64,000 nucleotides of DNA, taken from positions 1,865-65,864 of the forward strand of contig DATIXY010000084.1 in assembly GCA_035518115.1 (NCBI GenBank), given 5' to 3'. The stretch is from Gaiellaceae bacterium. GTDB lineage: Bacteria; Actinomycetota; Thermoleophilia; Gaiellales; Gaiellaceae. Below the pieces are notes generated by a model, which saw only the letters and a program-made list of their open reading frames with translations, ran no database searches and was not told the origin of the DNA. The stretch's first letter is position 1. Each line of letters begins with the position of its first letter. The position numbers and the translations under genes are program-made. This document shows positions 42,316 through 50,570 of the stretch, in pieces.

Positions 42316-44477
42316 CCCACCTTCTCCAGCGGCGCATAGTCGAGCATCAGCCGCCGCTCGCTCCCGTCCTCGAACCGCACCGTCACGACGCCGCCCGCCT
42401 CGATCGCGAGCACGATCCCCGTGCCGAGCGAGGCGTGGCGCACGGCGTCGCCCGTCGCGATGTCGGGCAGCACCTCGCGCGGGACGAACTCGCGCTGTAC
42501 CGCGCGGCCGTAGTCGGACCACGAGGCGGGCCGCAGCCGCTCGCGCTCGACGCCGAGCGAAGGCAGCTCGTCGAGGAATCGCGAGGGTAGGTTCGCCTCG
42601 CTCCGTCCGAACAGGTTGCGGCGCATCGCGTGCGTCAGCGTGAGGCGCTCCTTCGCCCGTGTCATGCCCACGTAGCAGAGGCGCCGCTCCTCCTCCAGCG
42701 AGTTCTCCTCGAGCGAGCGGACGTGCGGGAAGACGCCCTCCTCCAGGCCGAGGATGAACACCGCGCGGAACTCGAGGCCCTTCGCGTTGTGCAGCGTCAG
42801 CAGTGTCACCTCCCCGGCGCCGTCGTCGTCGCCGCGGAGCGCGTCCTGGTCGGAGTACAGCGAGATCTCCTGCAGGAACCCCGACAGCGAGGGCTCCTGC
42901 GCTGCGCCGTCGTACTCGCGCGCGACGCCGACGAGCTCCTCGAGGTTCTCGATCCGGCCGCGGGCCTCGATCGTCCGCTCGGCCTCGAGCGCGTCGAGGT
43001 AGCCGGTGCGCTCGAGCACGGCCTCGACGATGCCCGCCACGGAGGAGTCGGTCGCGGTGGCGAGCAGCGACTCCATCACGCTGCGGAACCCCTTCACCGC
43101 CCGTGCAGACGCGGGCGCCAGGCCGGCTTCCTCGGGATGGGCGGTCGCGTCCCACAGCGAGATCCCGAGGCCGTCGGCGTAGGTCTGGAGACGCGCCACC
43201 GAGGTGTCGCCGATCCCGCGGCGGGGCCTGTTCGCGATCCGCAGGAGGCTCACCGCGTCGAACGGGTTGTCGAGCGCCTGCAGGTAGGCGACCGCGTCCT
43301 TGATCTCCGCCCGCTCGTAGAACCGCGGGCCGCCGATCACCTGGTAGTCGATCCCCTGGCGGACGAGCACGTCCTCGAGCACGCGGCTCTGCGCGTTCGT
43401 GCGGTACGTGACCGCGATCTCCGACGCGCTGGAGCCGCTTCCGATCAGCGCAGCGATCTCGGCCGCGACGAAGCGGGCCTCGGCGTGCTCGTCCTCGGTC
43501 TCGACGACGTGCACGAGCTCGCCTTCGCCCAGCTCCGACCAGAGGTTCTTCTCCTTCCGCTCCCGGTTGTGCGAGATGACGGCGTTCGCCGCCGCGAGGA
43601 TCGTGTTCGTCGAGCGGTAGTTCTGCTCGAGCGGGATCACGCGCGTGGCGGGGAAGTCGCGCTCGAAGTCGAGGATGTTCCGGATGTCGGCGCCGCGAAA
43701 CGCGTAGACCGACTGGTCGGGGTCGCCGACCGCCATCAGGTTGCCGTGCTCCGACGCGAGGAGCTTGAGCAGCACGTACTGCGCGTGGTTCGTGTCCTGG
43801 TACTCGTCGACGAGGATGTAGCGAAACGCCCTCGACCACTTCTCGTGCGCCTCCGGGAAGCGCTGCAGCACGTCGACGGTGAGCATCAGGAGGTCGTCGA
43901 AGTCGACGGCGTTCGAGGCGAACAGCCGGCGCTGGTAGAGCTGATAGACGTCGGCGACGGTCTGGTCGTAGAAGCTCGCGACGCGGGCGGAATACTCGTC
44001 TGCGGAGATCAGCTGGTTCTTCGCCTTGGAGATCTGGGCGTGGATGCCGCGCGGAACGAACCGCTTCGGATCGCGGTCGAGCTCCTCGAGGCAGGCCTTC
44101 ACGAGCCGCACCTGGTCGGCCTGGTCGTAGATCGTGAAGTTCGAGCGGTAGCCGAGGCGCTCCGCCTCGCGACGCAGGATGCGGCCGCACGCCGCGTGGA
44201 ACGTCATGATCCAGATCGCGCGGGCGATCGGGCCGAGCGCGCGCTCGACGCGCTCCTTCATCTCCTGGGCAGCCTTGTTGGTGAACGTGATCGCGAGGAT
44301 CTCGTTCGGTTTGGCACCGATCGCGGAGAGCAGGTGCGCGACGCGGTGCGTGAGCACGCGCGTCTTCCCCGACCCGGCCCCGGCGATCACGAGCAGCGGG
44401 CCTTCGGTGGTCAGCACCGCCTGCCGCTGGGCGGGGTTCAGGTCGGCGAGGTAGGTCTCGGGCTCGGCGACTGGCAT
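42312..44477 (-). CDS. pcrA: ATP-dependent DNA helicase PcrA/UvrD (SF1)
   Basis: 721 aa with LNPAQRQAV, AGAGSGKTRVLTHR (Walker A), VDEYQDTN, TLHNAKGLEF and VGMTRAKERL helicase motifs. Confidence 0.95.
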   Translation of the reverse strand: MPVAEPETYLADLNPAQRQAVLTTEGPLLVIAGAGSGKTRVLTHRVAHLLSAIGAKPNEILAITFTNKAAQEMKERVERALGPIARAIWIMTFHAACGRILRREAERLGYRSNFTIYDQADQVRLVKACLEELDRDPKRFVPRGIHAQISKAKNQLISADEYSARVASFYDQTVADVYQLYQRRLFASNAVDFDDLLMLTVDVLQRFPEAHEKWSRAFRYILVDEYQDTNHAQYVLLKLLASEHGNLMAVGDPDQSVYAFRGADIRNILDFERDFPATRVIPLEQNYRSTNTILAAANAVISHNRERKEKNLWSELGEGELVHVVETEDEHAEARFVAAEIAALIGSGSSASEIAVTYRTNAQSRVLEDVLVRQGIDYQVIGGPRFYERAEIKDAVAYLQALDNPFDAVSLLRIANRPRRGIGDTSVARLQTYADGLGISLWDATAHPEEAGLAPASARAVKGFRSVMESLLATATDSSVAGIVEAVLERTGYLDALEAERTIEARGRIENLEELVGVAREYDGAAQEPSLSGFLQEISLYSDQDALRGDDDGAGEVTLLTLHNAKGLEFRAVFILGLEEGVFPHVRSLEENSLEEERRLCYVGMTRAKERLTLTHAMRRNLFGRSEANLPSRFLDELPSLGVERERLRPASWSDYGRAVQREFVPREVLPDIATGDAVRHASLGTGIVLAIEAGGVVTVRFEDGSERRLMLDYAPLEKVG

Positions 44478-44495
44478 CCCCTCGGACGTTAGCGG

Positions 44496-45203
44496 TCAGA
44501 TGAGGCGCTCGACCTCGCCCTCGAGCCAGCCGCTGGCCGCCCGGAGCGCGTCTGCGTCGGCCGACTTGAGCACGACCTCGACCCAGCGCCCGTGGGCCTC
44601 GAAGGTCGGGTAGGAGCCGACACTGACGGTGGGCCAGCGTTCCGACGCCGCGACGAGAGCCGAGACGATCGTCGCCTCGCCGGTCGCGTACGAGCGCCGC
44701 CACACCCCGATCGGATCGCTGCCGTGGAAGGCGTCCTCGTAGCGCTCGAACATCGCCTCCATCTCCCGCGGCAGGCCGGGGAGCACCCAGACGTTCGCCA
44801 GCCGGAAGCCCGGGGCGCCGCCAAGCGGGTTCTCGAGCGCCTCTGCGCCCTCCGGCAGCGCCGCCCAGCGTGCCGCGTACTCCGGCGCGCCCGTGAACCG
44901 CGAGCGCAGGTCGGCCGCCAGCTCCGGCTGCTCGCGCTGCGGCACGTCGAACGCCGCTGCGAGCGATTCGCGCGTGATGTCGTCGGGCGTGCCGCCGAGG
45001 CCGCCGGTGACGATCAGCCGGTCGACACGCGAGCGCTCCCTCCGGATGAAGTCGACGATCGGCTCGAGCGTGTCCGGCACCGATGCGCTGAGGACGACCT
45101 TCACTCCGAGCTGCTCGAGGCGCTGTGCGAGCCAGGACGCGTTCGTGTTCGGGACGTCGCCGGAGACGAGCTCGTTGCCGATCGTCAGGATCGCGGCGAC
45201 CAC
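44496..45203 (-). CDS. CinA-like molybdopterin-binding (MoCF_biosynth) domain protein, no PncC deamidase domain
   Basis: The GTG at 45203 gives VVAAILTIGNELVSGDVPNTNASWLAQRLEQLG...LIVTGGLGGTPDDITRE, the typical CinA N-terminal domain. An alternative ATG lies at 45272. Confidence 0.8.
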   Translation of the reverse strand: MVAAILTIGNELVSGDVPNTNASWLAQRLEQLGVKVVLSASVPDTLEPIVDFIRRERSRVDRLIVTGGLGGTPDDITRESLAAAFDVPQREQPELAADLRSRFTGAPEYAARWAALPEGAEALENPLGGAPGFRLANVWVLPGLPREMEAMFERYEDAFHGSDPIGVWRRSYATGEATIVSALVAASERWPTVSVGSYPTFEAHGRWVEVVLKSADADALRAASGWLEGEVERLI

Positions 45204-45457
45204 GCGAAGGAGTATCGCGGCCCGGTGGCGGGCAGCCGCCGGCTCCTGGCCCGGCCCAGTCCCGGCGGGCATCCCACCCGCCGCTTCGTGCCCTTCAGCG
45301 ACCCCGTCCGCCGGCGGGGCCGTCGCGCATTTCGTGTCGGTGCCTGCCCCCGACCGTGGGCATCCCGCCCACCGCCGATTCTGCGCTGCCGCAGGCGCCG
45401 CCGGGGGTGCTGTGGACGAAACGTTGCGGTCTCTTTACGGCGCCTGGCACCGGCCCT

Positions 45458-46249
45458 TCACTGCGCGAGCGGGAACGGCTTCTTGGCGAGCGCGGCCAGG
45501 ACCTGCGAGGTGACCCAGACCGGCGTCGTGGCATAGCTCGCCGAGTAGCGGTAGCTGCCGTCGGGCCGCCGCAGCCGCGCGAGATAGGCGAACGCGGCGC
45601 GCGGCGGCGTCCGCCCCGCGGCGACGAGGCCCTGGATCGACCACGCCGTCGACTGCGCGTCCGAGCCGCGGCCCTGCGTCAGCTCGAACCCGCCGTCGCG
45701 CCCCTCGAAGCCGAGGAGGAAGGAGACCGCCCGCGCGACGGGGCGCCCGGTGACGTGTGCGACACGGAACATCTCGAGCGCCGCAGCCGTGTCGTTCGAG
45801 TCCGGCTGGCCGCCTGCGTTCCACGCGAAGCCGCCGTTTCTCGACTGCCGCGCGAGCACGTACCGCGTGGTCGCCGCCGGCGAGCGGCCGAGCGCAAGCA
45901 CCGACCAGATCGTCGAGTTCACCGTCTCGCCGATTCGCCCGTCCGGATGCTCGACCGCGGCGATCCGCGCCAGCAGCGCCTGCGGCACCACGCCGAGCGA
46001 CCGCTCGGCGAGCGCCGCGAGCGCAACGTCGGTCGTCGACTGGAGCGACGACTCCTGCGACTGCAGGTACTGCAGCGACCCGGGAGCTTCCGCGCCCGCC
46101 GCGCGCAGGCCGAGCACCGCCCACGCGGTAAGCGACGGATCGGCCGTCCCGCCCGGCTCCGCGAAGGCGCCGTTCGCCTGGTGGGCCTGCAGGAACTGCG
46201 CCGGCGAGACCGCGAGCGCGACCGCTGCGGCGAGCGCCGCTACGCCCAC
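45458..46249 (-). CDS. secreted prenyltransferase/squalene-cyclase-repeat (alpha/alpha toroid) protein
   Basis: The GTG at 46249 gives a signal-like VGVAALAAAVALAVSPAQ. Repeated motifs follow: ANGAFAEPGG, HPDGRIGE, RNGGFAWNAGGQPDSNDTAAAL, RDGGFELTQGRGSDAQSTAWSIQGL and PDGSYRYS, characteristic of terpenoid cyclase/prenyltransferase repeats. It is the last gene of the riboswitch operon. Confidence 0.7.
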   Translation of the reverse strand: MGVAALAAAVALAVSPAQFLQAHQANGAFAEPGGTADPSLTAWAVLGLRAAGAEAPGSLQYLQSQESSLQSTTDVALAALAERSLGVVPQALLARIAAVEHPDGRIGETVNSTIWSVLALGRSPAATTRYVLARQSRNGGFAWNAGGQPDSNDTAAALEMFRVAHVTGRPVARAVSFLLGFEGRDGGFELTQGRGSDAQSTAWSIQGLVAAGRTPPRAAFAYLARLRRPDGSYRYSASYATTPVWVTSQVLAALAKKPFPLAQ

Positions 46250-46896
46250 ACGACCTCGGTCCGCAGCCGGAGCCGGTACCGGTCGAGCAGCCGCCGCAGC
46301 TCGGGCCCCGCCGCAAGCGCGATCGCGACGTTGCCGGCGGCGTGCGCGACGTCGAACCAGAAGCCGCGCGCGAGCACGGCGATCAGGGACGGCAGCGTGT
46401 GCGGGAAGAAGCCCCACCACAGCCAGACGTCCATGCTCGCGCTGAACGCGAAGCCGAGCACCGCCGTCACGGCCGCAAGCGCGAAGCGGTTGCGGATGAA
46501 CGGCGCGACGACCGCGCCGATCGCGCCGCAGGCGCCCCACCCGAGCATCTGCTGCGGCGTCCAGATGCCCTGGCCGAGGAAGAAGTTCGAAGCAAACGCC
46601 GCGAGCGCCCCCGTGGCGGCCCCTGCACGCGCCCCGAGCGCGGCGCCCGCCACGACCGCGATCACAGTCACCGGCTGCACGCCCGGGATCGCCGCGAACA
46701 CGACCCGGCCCGCTGCGGCCGCTCCGGCGAGCGTCGCGACCAGCGCCAGCTCGCGCGTCGAGCCGCGATGCGACTCGAACCAGGCGACGCCGGCGGCAAG
46801 CAGCGCACCCGATCCGAGCAGCGTCGCGAGCGCTCCGTCCCTGACACCGAGCGCGGCGACGAGCAGCACGAACGCGACGACGAGCAGCCTACGCAC
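46240..46896 (-). CDS. ECF transporter S (substrate-specific) component-like membrane protein
   Basis: The GTG at 46896 gives a 218-aa protein with about 6 TMs. The G/A-rich helices (IPGVQPVTVIAVVAGAALGARAGAATGALAAFASNFFLGQGIWTPQQMLGWGACGAIG) resemble PF12822-type S components. Confidence 0.7.
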   Translation of the reverse strand: MRRLLVVAFVLLVAALGVRDGALATLLGSGALLAAGVAWFESHRGSTRELALVATLAGAAAAGRVVFAAIPGVQPVTVIAVVAGAALGARAGAATGALAAFASNFFLGQGIWTPQQMLGWGACGAIGAVVAPFIRNRFALAAVTAVLGFAFSASMDVWLWWGFFPHTLPSLIAVLARGFWFDVAHAAGNVAIALAAGPELRRLLDRYRLRLRTEVVWA

Positions 46897-48199
46897 GTAC
46901 CGGCTCCCGTAGCTCGAGCGAGACGATCCGGTCGGCAACCTCGTTCGCCCAGACCAGGTCGTGCGTGACGACCAGCGTTCCGCGGTCGGGCGCCGCAGCG
47001 CGCAACAGCCGGCGCAGCTCGTCCTTGCGCTCCGGGTCGACGCCGCGTGTCGGCTCGTCGAGCACCAGCAGCTCCGGCTCGGTCGCGAGCACCGCAGCGA
47101 GCGCGAGCCGCTCACGCTCGCCCGACGACAAGTCGCGGGGATGCCGGTCTTCCGTCCCGTCGAGCCCCACCTGCCCGAGAGCGCGCCGCGCCCGCGAAAC
47201 GTCGGCGCCGAGCGCGACCTCGTCGAGCACGCGCTCGGTGACGAGGTGGCGCCCCGGATCCTGCGCGAGGTAGCCGGCGGGCGCATGCTCGACCATCCCT
47301 TCGTCGGGCGCAAGCAGGCCGGCGGCGATCTTCGCGAGCGTCGTCTTCCCCGATCCGTTCGGGCCGGTCAGCGCAACGATCTCGCCGCGGCCAACCTCGA
47401 GCGAGGCGCCGGCCAGTGCGACGCGGTCGCCGTACGCGTGCCCGATCCCCCTGAGCCGGCAGGCGAAGACGGGCTGGTGCTCGGCGTACAGCGGGCGGTG
47501 CTCGCGCAGCCACGCAAGAGCCTCGCCGCGCGGCGCGTCGAGCACCAGCCGGCCACCGTCCATGAACAGGATCCGGTCGGCGCGCTCGACCGGTAGCGCC
47601 GGCCGCTGCTCGGAGAGCAGCACCGCGCAGTCGAGCGCGCTCACGGCGTCGAGGAACGCCTCGGCGCCGTCGGGATCGAGCTGCGACGTCGGCTCGTCGA
47701 GCAGCAGCAGCCGGGGCCGCAGCGCCAGCGCGGCAGCGAGCGCGACCCGCTGCAGCTCGCCGCCCGAGAGCTCGTGCACGGAGCGATCGGCGAGATGCGC
47801 CGCGCCGACGAGCTGCAGCGCGTCCTCGACGCGCGGCCAGATGCGCTCGGGCGGCGCGCCGATGTTCTCGAGACCGAAGGCGACCTCGTTCGCGACCTGC
47901 GACATCACGACCTGGTCCTCCGGATCCTGGAAGACGGAGGCGACGGTCCCGGCGAGCTCGGCAGGGCGCACCTCGCGCGTGTCCATGCCGCCGACCACCA
48001 CCCGCCCGGCGAACACCCCGCCGTGAAAGTGCGGCACGAGACCGGCGAGCGCGCGCAGGAGCGTCGACTTGCCGGAGCCCGACGGCCCCAGCACGACGAC
48101 GTGCTCCCCCTTGCGCAGCTCGAGCGAGACGTCGTCGAGGGCGGGTGGAGCACCTGCGGTGTACGCGAAGCGAAGGTGCTCGACGACCGCTAGAGCCAC
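46889..48199 (-). CDS. ECF transporter duplicated ATPase (EcfA1-EcfA2 fusion)
   Basis: Two complete NBDs: GPSGSGKST/LSGGELQR/LLLDEPTSQLD and GPNGSGKTT/LSSGERER/LVLDEPTRGVD. I chose the GTG at 48199. The NBD1 H-loop position reads SEQ instead of THD. Confidence 0.9.
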   Translation of the reverse strand: MALAVVEHLRFAYTAGAPPALDDVSLELRKGEHVVVLGPSGSGKSTLLRALAGLVPHFHGGVFAGRVVVGGMDTREVRPAELAGTVASVFQDPEDQVVMSQVANEVAFGLENIGAPPERIWPRVEDALQLVGAAHLADRSVHELSGGELQRVALAAALALRPRLLLLDEPTSQLDPDGAEAFLDAVSALDCAVLLSEQRPALPVERADRILFMDGGRLVLDAPRGEALAWLREHRPLYAEHQPVFACRLRGIGHAYGDRVALAGASLEVGRGEIVALTGPNGSGKTTLAKIAAGLLAPDEGMVEHAPAGYLAQDPGRHLVTERVLDEVALGADVSRARRALGQVGLDGTEDRHPRDLSSGERERLALAAVLATEPELLVLDEPTRGVDPERKDELRRLLRAAAPDRGTLVVTHDLVWANEVADRIVSLELREPVRA

Positions 48200-48876
48200 A
48201 GCGCACCCACGACGACGAGCGCGACGGCGCCGACCATCGCCAGGTAGTCGAGCCTGCTCCACGGCGGGCGTGGAGCACGCGTGCGGCCCGGACGCCCGTA
48301 ACCGCGCGCCTCCATGGCCTCGGCCAGGTCGAGGCCGCGCTCGAGCGAGCCCGCCAGCAGTGGAGACAGCAGCCTGACCGGCCCGAGCTCGACGTTCCTT
48401 CCGCGCAGCGCCATCCGCAGGTCGCGCACGTCGCGCTCGAGGAGCGGCACGAGCCTCGTCGCGAGCGCCGCCGCGAGGCTCGACCGGCGTGCCCAGCCGG
48501 AGGCGGCGAGCAGGCGGTCGTGATCGACCCGCAGCGCGTACACCGCGAAGGCGAGCCCGACCGCCGCCAGGCGCAGGCCCTGGAAGACCGCTCCGTGGAG
48601 CTCCTCACGTGTGACGTCGAGCTGCCCGAGGACCGGCACGGTCGGTCCGACCCACAGCTCGTGCGTTCCGATCGACTCGACGAACGGCGTCACGATCACG
48701 ACGAAGAGCGCACTGACGAGCGTGCCGACGAGGTACGGCCACCGGCGCTCGGCCGGGGCGCGGAGCGCCGCCGCGAGCAGCACCGCGCAGATCAGCGCCA
48801 CCGACAGCGTCTGCGTCGCGACCAGCGCCGCGACGACGGCCGCGGCGAGCAGCGCAGTCAGCGGAACCGCGCTCAT
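48190..48876 (-). CDS. ECF transporter transmembrane T component (EcfT/CbiQ family)
   Basis: The ATG at 48876 (ATGA overlap) gives a 228-aa multi-TM protein. It carries the conserved Arg-rich coupling region (ALATRLVPLLERDVRDLRMALRGRN...AEAMEARGY). Confidence 0.85.
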   Translation of the reverse strand: MSAVPLTALLAAAVVAALVATQTLSVALICAVLLAAALRAPAERRWPYLVGTLVSALFVVIVTPFVESIGTHELWVGPTVPVLGQLDVTREELHGAVFQGLRLAAVGLAFAVYALRVDHDRLLAASGWARRSSLAAALATRLVPLLERDVRDLRMALRGRNVELGPVRLLSPLLAGSLERGLDLAEAMEARGYGRPGRTRAPRPPWSRLDYLAMVGAVALVVVGALWL

Positions 48877-49520
48877 CCAGGCACCGCGTAGCGATAGCGG
48901 AAGGCGGACGGGTCGGCGGCGAGGCGGGCGGCGGCACGCAGCCCGAGCACCAACCGGACCGTGCTGCCCTCGCGCGTCGCGACGGCGCTCCCGGCAGGCG
49001 CGGCCGCCGAGACGACGATCGCGTTCGGCCCGCGCCCGACGATCGACTGCAGCTTGGCCACCGAAGGCCCGGAGCCGACGACGCGCGCGCCTGGCTTGGC
49101 CCACTCGAACCCGTGCCGGAACGGCTCGGGAAACGCCCCGACGACGACCGGGACACTGAGCCCGGAGCCCTTCCACGAGCGGTAGTCCCACCACTCGACG
49201 TCGCCGGGCTGCAGGTGGACCGCGGTCGCGCCTTCGTCCGCCTCGATGCCGTTCACGAAGTAGAGCCAATCGCGCTGGGCGGATGCGGAGCCGCTGACGC
49301 CGCCGATCGACTGCACGAACCGGCCGCCGTAGCGCGTGCTGACCTTCAGCTTCCGCTCGAGCGCCTGCATCGCGGTCAGCCCGGCCGGGACGCTGCCCGA
49401 ATAGAGGACCTGGGCCCCGCGGTCACGCGTCACCCACAAGGTCGCCGTTCCGTGCCCGCGCACCTCGCCGCCGCAGCCGGCGAGGACGAGCGCGAGCAGC
49501 GGAACCGCGAGCCATCTCAC
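48873..49520 (-). CDS. DUF4430 (transcobalamin-like C-terminal domain) lipoprotein
   Basis: The GTG at 49520 (GTGA overlap) gives VRWLAVPLLALVLAGCGG (lipobox LAGC). The DUF4430-like core follows: TAMQALER...GRFVQSIGGVSG....DWLYFVNG.EAD.GA....LQPGDVEWWDY. Confidence 0.8.
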   Translation of the reverse strand: MRWLAVPLLALVLAGCGGEVRGHGTATLWVTRDRGAQVLYSGSVPAGLTAMQALERKLKVSTRYGGRFVQSIGGVSGSASAQRDWLYFVNGIEADEGATAVHLQPGDVEWWDYRSWKGSGLSVPVVVGAFPEPFRHGFEWAKPGARVVGSGPSVAKLQSIVGRGPNAIVVSAAAPAGSAVATREGSTVRLVLGLRAAARLAADPSAFRYRYAVPG

Positions 49521-50110
49521 TTCAGCGCATTCGAACGGACGGCGCCGTCCGCAGTGGCGCGGACGAGCAGCCCCTTGTGCGCGCCGGGGCACACCTTCGT
49601 GTTTGCCTGCGCAGTCATCGTCCGCTTCGATCCGATGTGCAGGACGAGGTTCGTGACCGACGCCGGCTTCCCGTTGTCGTCGAACGCCTGGGCGACGTAG
49701 CAGCCGCCGGTCGCCGCATTCAGCTGCAGCGTCGGCGGGCCGCCGTTCGGGCCGAAGGTCGCGTAGTACCAGAGGACATCGTCACCGTCCTTCAGGACGA
49801 CCTTGTCCGCACCGACCGGCGGCGAGGCGTTGTCGACCTTGAACACCCACCCGCTCGAGCCCGAGCCGGGATAGCGGCCGATCTGGTCGACATACGGGCC
49901 GAAGCCCGTGACGGTGACGTGGTAGTAGAACTCGCCCAGGATCGACGCCTGTTCGAGCGCATCCAGGGCACTCGTCGCGGTGACGGTCACCGGGGCCGGG
50001 GCGAAGATCGTCCGTGTCTTGCCCTCGACACGCACCTTGACGGTCGCCGCAAGAGCGGTCGCAGGCAGCGCGAGCGCCAGGACGACGAGCAGAACAACAC
50101 GCTTGGCCAC
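49517..50110 (-). CDS. secreted DUF4430 (transcobalamin-like C-terminal domain) protein
   Basis: The GTG at 50110 lies 5 nt after GGAAGGAGG. The signal peptide is VAKRVVLLVVLALALPATALAA. The core is SALDALEQA...GPYVDQIGRYPGSGSSGWVFKVDNASPPVGADKVVLKDGDDVLWYY, with the GW-containing DUF4430 signature. First gene after the riboswitch. Confidence 0.8.
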   Translation of the reverse strand: MAKRVVLLVVLALALPATALAATVKVRVEGKTRTIFAPAPVTVTATSALDALEQASILGEFYYHVTVTGFGPYVDQIGRYPGSGSSGWVFKVDNASPPVGADKVVLKDGDDVLWYYATFGPNGGPPTLQLNAATGGCYVAQAFDDNGKPASVTNLVLHIGSKRTMTAQANTKVCPGAHKGLLVRATADGAVRSNALK

Positions 50111-50143
50111 GAATCCTCCTTCCACGAGGGGCTCGGGTTATGG

Positions 50144-50295
50144 AGGGCGACCGGCAGGTCTTCTGACTCGGGGCTCCCCCTCCACCGCCTTCCCGGGCGC
50201 CCGGCCCAGTGACGTCGTGGTGGAGGGCATCTCCCCTCACAGCGGCGGGACCGTCCCGGACTCGCACCGGGTTCCCTCACCGCTCGCCCCTTCTC
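50144..50295 (-). promoter_or_regulatory. cobalamin (adenosylcobalamin/B12) riboswitch
   Basis: The minus strand reads GAGGGAAcccGGTGcGAgTCCgggaCgGtCCCGCCgCTGT ... CACTGGgccgggcgcccGGGAAGGC ... AGTCAGAAGACCTGCC (B12 box, 50168-50153). This is the conserved core of the cobalamin riboswitch family. A P1-like pairing joins GGGGCGA (50290-84) with TCGCCCT (50150-44). Downstream CCCTCC can pair with the GGAGG SD of the first gene. Confidence 0.9.
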
Positions 50296-50342
50296 TGATG
50301 GTCGCGAATCTAGCACGGGCCGCGTCCGTACACTGACCGGCG

Positions 50343-50564
50343 GTGGAACGCAGCGAGGTCACCGACCGGCAGCTCGAGGCCCTGCTCCAGCGGCTCGACC
50401 GGATCGCCGACGAGCTCGCGCGGCTGAACGCCCGCGACGAGCGCCGCGAGGAGCTGACCGTGATCGCCCACGAGTTGCGGAACCTGAACGAGTCGCTCCA
50501 GGCGCTCGCGTATGCCGCGCTCGGGCAGCAGGGCCCGCAGGTCCGCCGGCGCCGCACCGGCTAG
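50343..50564 (+). CDS. hypothetical small coiled-coil protein (73 aa), probably leaderless
   Basis: GTG start at 50343 with no SD. TACACT (50329-34) ends 8 nt upstream. Third codon positions are strongly GC-biased, as in real genes here. The heptad-like sequence is QLEALLQRLDRIADELARLNARDERREELTVIAHELRNLNESLQAL. Confidence 0.45.
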   Translation: MERSEVTDRQLEALLQRLDRIADELARLNARDERREELTVIAHELRNLNESLQALAYAALGQQGPQVRRRRTG

Positions 50565-50570
50565 GCGCAG

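Noticed and set aside
42316-44703. Upstream 800 codons of the 1200-aa ORF 41101-44703
   Set aside because: This is an alternative frame of pcrA. Only 41101-42315 (the Eis-like protein) is credible.
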